From: Sedimentisphaerales bacterium
GTDB lineage: Bacteria > Planctomycetota > Phycisphaerae > Sedimentisphaerales > Anaerobacaceae
Length of the DNA stretch: 64,000 nucleotides
Assembly (NCBI GenBank): GCA_963708075.1
Contig: OY970194.1
Span: 5,760,001 to 5,824,000 of the forward strand
Reading direction: 5' to 3'
The translations under genes and the position numbers were made by a program. Below the pieces are notes generated by a model. It was given only the letters and a program-made list of their open reading frames with translations. It did no database searches and was not told the origin of the DNA. Below are positions 61,050 to 64,000 of this stretch, piece after piece; within the stretch, counting starts at the first letter, position 1, and the number at the start of each line of letters is the position of its first letter.

Positions 61050-64000
61050 ATGAAGGATAATTCGCGTCTGTTCGCGGTGGGTCTGCCATTGAGCCTGGAG
61101 GAGGCGGCGCTGCTGCTGTACGCCCTGTCTTTCGGGCCGCTGCCCAAGAACGACCTGACGCGTGCGTTGAAGCAGGCAGGCCTGACCATGCCGGACGGCT
61201 CTACGGTCACCCCTGAGAGGGTGGCGCCATGCATCCAGCGCCTCAGGGCGAAAGGCCGGATCAAGTCCGTGGGGTCAAGCTCGGCATGTCCGCCCGAGAC
61301 GCGCATGACGTATATTGCCGCGGCTCGCGAGACAGGTTGGTTCAGTCGCCTGGCGCAGGATCTGCAGAAGGCTGTGCCGGGGCAGGTAAATCCCGGTGAC
61401 TGGGCCTACAAGTGGGGCGGGCGGCGATTCGCGTCTTTCTCCCATGCCTGCCGGGATGTGTTCCTGGCCCTGGAGAGGGATGATCAGGATGAGCTCAAAC
61501 GCCTCGCCGGGTTGTGCAGCCTGGATGTGCAGGTGGGCTCGCTGGTCAATGTGCTGCTGGAAATCTGTATGGAGCCGTTCCAGCCGGCCTATCTGGAACG
61601 CCTGCCTCGCCAGTATCGGGACCTGCTGCTCTATGCCGCCCTGAATCTCCAGACCTGCGCCCTGGCCCTGGATCACCCTGTCTTCGCGTACGCGCGGGCC
61701 TGGATTCTGGCCAACCGGCAAGACCTCGAAAAATCCCTCCTGGAGAAGTGCGTCAACCACCTGGTTGAGCGGGACATCCTGGCAGGCGATTTCAACGGGG
61801 CCAAAGCCCTTTTGGATACGTTCACCGACCTGGACACCTATGTAGTTCGAGGCATGCTGGAACTGCTGTCGGGCCGAGTCCCGGAGGCCCATCAGGCGTA
61901 TGACTTGGCCCTGCAAGAAGCGGGCAAAGCCAAGAAGGCCCAACTGGAGTACCTCGGGTCGTTTCCCGCGATGCTGCACGCCTTGCTCCTGGTCCAGTCC
62001 GAGCAGCCGCAGGATCGCCAGCGGGCCCGGACATGGCTGGATTGGCTCTCCAAAGACAGGGACTATGCGGCTTATCATGAGGCCTATTGTTTCCTGGAAG
62101 CGCTGCTTGCATGGCATGAGGGCTGTGATGCCGACGATGGGGCAAACCCCGTATTGCGGCCCTTTTATGGCGGGAGCAGCCCTCTGGGCCAGGTTGCCGT
62201 CTACCTGATGCAGTTGTTGTACTGGATCTATGCCTCGCATACCAAGGCCCTGAAGACTCACAAGCAGATGATGGTTCCGGAGATCGCAAAGCTGCTTGGG
62301 CATTGTGAGAAGCACGGCGCCCGGTGGCCGGTAATGCAGATTTCCCATCTGGCGGGCAGGCTCGGCGTGGCCTTGCCGGCTTACGCCCCGCAAGTGGATG
62401 CCTTTTTTCAGGAGACTGGGACGGTGGACCTTGCCGGACTTTGGACCGTCAAGGAGGTTTGGGAGAGCCGCCTGGGGGCTCTGGAGCAACTGATCCAGGA
62501 GGCCGAGCATACGGCCCATCAGGCGTCGGGACCTTCCCGCCGGCTGGTGTGGAAGCTGCGGGAATGGGACTCCGGCCAGATCGGGGTCGTGCCGATCGAG
62601 CAGAAGCGGACGAAGGCGGGGGGGTGGACGAAAGGCCGCGAGATTACCTCCTATCAAATGTCGGATTACCCGGAGGAGGCCATGGACTTCATGACCGATC
62701 AGGACCGGGCGGCACTGGCCGGCGTTCTGATGAGGCGGGATTACTATTACGGCGAAGGGTACCGAACGGACCCCGGCCTGATCCTGCGAGCCCTGGTGGG
62801 GCATCCCCACGTCTTCTGGGAAGACCGTCCTCATGTGCCGGTGGAAATCGTCGAAGGCAGGCCGGAGGTGCATATCGTGCCCAAAGCAGGGCAACTGCAC
62901 ATCTGCATGGACCCGTACCCGGATTACGATCCGGACGATGATCTGAATCCAAGCTGCATCATCAAGGAGTCGCAGGCCCGCGTGCGGGTGATCATATTCG
63001 AGCCGATGCACCTGAAGATGGCCGAGGTCCTGGGGCCCGACGGCGTGATGATCCCAAAGGGCCGCTCGGAGGATGCCCTCAAGCGGCTGCAGGGATTGTC
63101 CAGACACGTCGCCATCCAGTCGGACGTGGCGCTGGCGGCTGCGGAGGCCGAGACCGTCGAGTCGAATTGCCATCCTCACCTGCGGCTGCAGCGCCTCGAA
63201 CAGGGTCTGAACGCGGAGATGGTCATCGTGCCGCTGGGCGGGCAGACGCAGCGGGCGTTTGCGCCGGGGATCGGCAATGCGCATCTCGTCGAGACGATAG
63301 AGGGCAAGACGATCCAGACCCGCCGCAAGCTCGAAGAGGAGACCGCCCGGGCGGAGCAGGCCCTGGAGGCCGTCTCGATGTTGCGCGCGAATGCCAACGG
63401 GGACTACGTCTGGGTCGTGGATGATCCCATGGATGCCCTGGAGCTGCTGGAGCAGTTGCAGGCGGTCCCGCCGGAGGTCTTGACCGTGGAATGGCCCAAG
63501 GGCGACCCGATCACCGTGCGCTCCCTCTCGCCGCAGCAGTTCCACCTCTCGATCCACTCGGCCCAGGACTGGTTCGAGGTCGAGGGCGAGGTCCAGGTGG
63601 ATCAGGACCTCATGGTCAAAATGCGGACCCTCCTGGACCAGATTGAGAGCAGCGACAACCGGTTCATCGCGCTCGGCAAGGACCAGTACGTAGCCTTGAC
63701 TCGCCAACTGCGAAAGCAATTGCAGTGGCTCGCTGCGGGCGGCCAGTACGTCGGCAAGGGGGACACCCTGCGCGTGCATCCGCTGGCGGCCATCGGCCTG
63801 GAGCAATGGAAAGAGGAAGTAGGGAAATTCAAGGCGGATGCGGTCTTCAATACGCACATCGAGCGGCTTCGCAAGGCGGAGTCCTATCAGCCGGCGATCC
63901 CGTCGACCCTTCAGGCGACCCTGCGCCCGTACCAGGAGGACGGCTTCGTGTGGCTGGCCCGCCTGGCCGAGTGGGGCGTGGGAGCATGCCTGGCCGACGA
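61050..64000 (+). CDS. SNF2-family (DEAD/DEAH-box) helicase, 3' end outside window
   Basis: GGAG RBS + ATG at 61050; same frame ends with LRPYQEDGFVWLARLAEWGVGACLAD(D), the SNF2 Q-motif and lead-in to motif I; not in the ORF track because there is no stop. Confidence 0.88.
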   Translation, partial: MKDNSRLFAVGLPLSLEEAALLLYALSFGPLPKNDLTRALKQAGLTMPDGSTVTPERVAPCIQRLRAKGRIKSVGSSSACPPETRMTYIAAARETGWFSRLAQDLQKAVPGQVNPGDWAYKWGGRRFASFSHACRDVFLALERDDQDELKRLAGLCSLDVQVGSLVNVLLEICMEPFQPAYLERLPRQYRDLLLYAALNLQTCALALDHPVFAYARAWILANRQDLEKSLLEKCVNHLVERDILAGDFNGAKALLDTFTDLDTYVVRGMLELLSGRVPEAHQAYDLALQEAGKAKKAQLEYLGSFPAMLHALLLVQSEQPQDRQRARTWLDWLSKDRDYAAYHEAYCFLEALLAWHEGCDADDGANPVLRPFYGGSSPLGQVAVYLMQLLYWIYASHTKALKTHKQMMVPEIAKLLGHCEKHGARWPVMQISHLAGRLGVALPAYAPQVDAFFQETGTVDLAGLWTVKEVWESRLGALEQLIQEAEHTAHQASGPSRRLVWKLREWDSGQIGVVPIEQKRTKAGGWTKGREITSYQMSDYPEEAMDFMTDQDRAALAGVLMRRDYYYGEGYRTDPGLILRALVGHPHVFWEDRPHVPVEIVEGRPEVHIVPKAGQLHICMDPYPDYDPDDDLNPSCIIKESQARVRVIIFEPMHLKMAEVLGPDGVMIPKGRSEDALKRLQGLSRHVAIQSDVALAAAEAETVESNCHPHLRLQRLEQGLNAEMVIVPLGGQTQRAFAPGIGNAHLVETIEGKTIQTRRKLEEETARAEQALEAVSMLRANANGDYVWVVDDPMDALELLEQLQAVPPEVLTVEWPKGDPITVRSLSPQQFHLSIHSAQDWFEVEGEVQVDQDLMVKMRTLLDQIESSDNRFIALGKDQYVALTRQLRKQLQWLAAGGQYVGKGDTLRVHPLAAIGLEQWKEEVGKFKADAVFNTHIERLRKAESYQPAIPSTLQATLRPYQEDGFVWLARLAEWGVGACLAD

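Overview
GC-rich bacterial chromosomal segment, probably Planctomycetota (Phycisphaerae/Sedimentisphaerales-like; inferred from gene content and repeat style, not tested). The housekeeping backbone is tRNA-Leu(TAA), Re-citrate synthase, trxA/trxB, ilvD, dgt, pgpA, gloB, purA-uppS-cdsA-phoH-HD-ybeY-hemolysin-recO, ruvCAB, cysS, ispF, hisBC, accD, rpe-pgk-gap, an AlaC-type aminotransferase and a partial SNF2 helicase. Small accessory units punctuate it: four toxin-antitoxin pairs, a ParA+HEPN pair, an HNH-AP2 endonuclease gene embedded in a mosaic of palindromic repeats, and a zinc-ribbon gene bracketed by twin palindromes inside ruvAB. Two non-coding signals stand out. (1) A six-unit array of TGYGAAACAAASCCAA with unique 39-70 bp spacers and no cas gene in the window (2229-2597); two spacers contain palindromic repeats found elsewhere in the window. 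(2) Two 260-bp TIR elements (53026-53285, 55412-55671), each with a predicted outward-facing promoter, bracketing a lower-GC operon slice with two FGE/CLec-fold paralogs, next to a 10-bp tandem repeat and a third degenerate element end. Palindromic repeats also lie in-frame inside dgt and hisC. About a dozen 1-2 bp frameshifts look like uncorrected sequencing errors. All product calls come from motif recognition by eye; no database searches were run.
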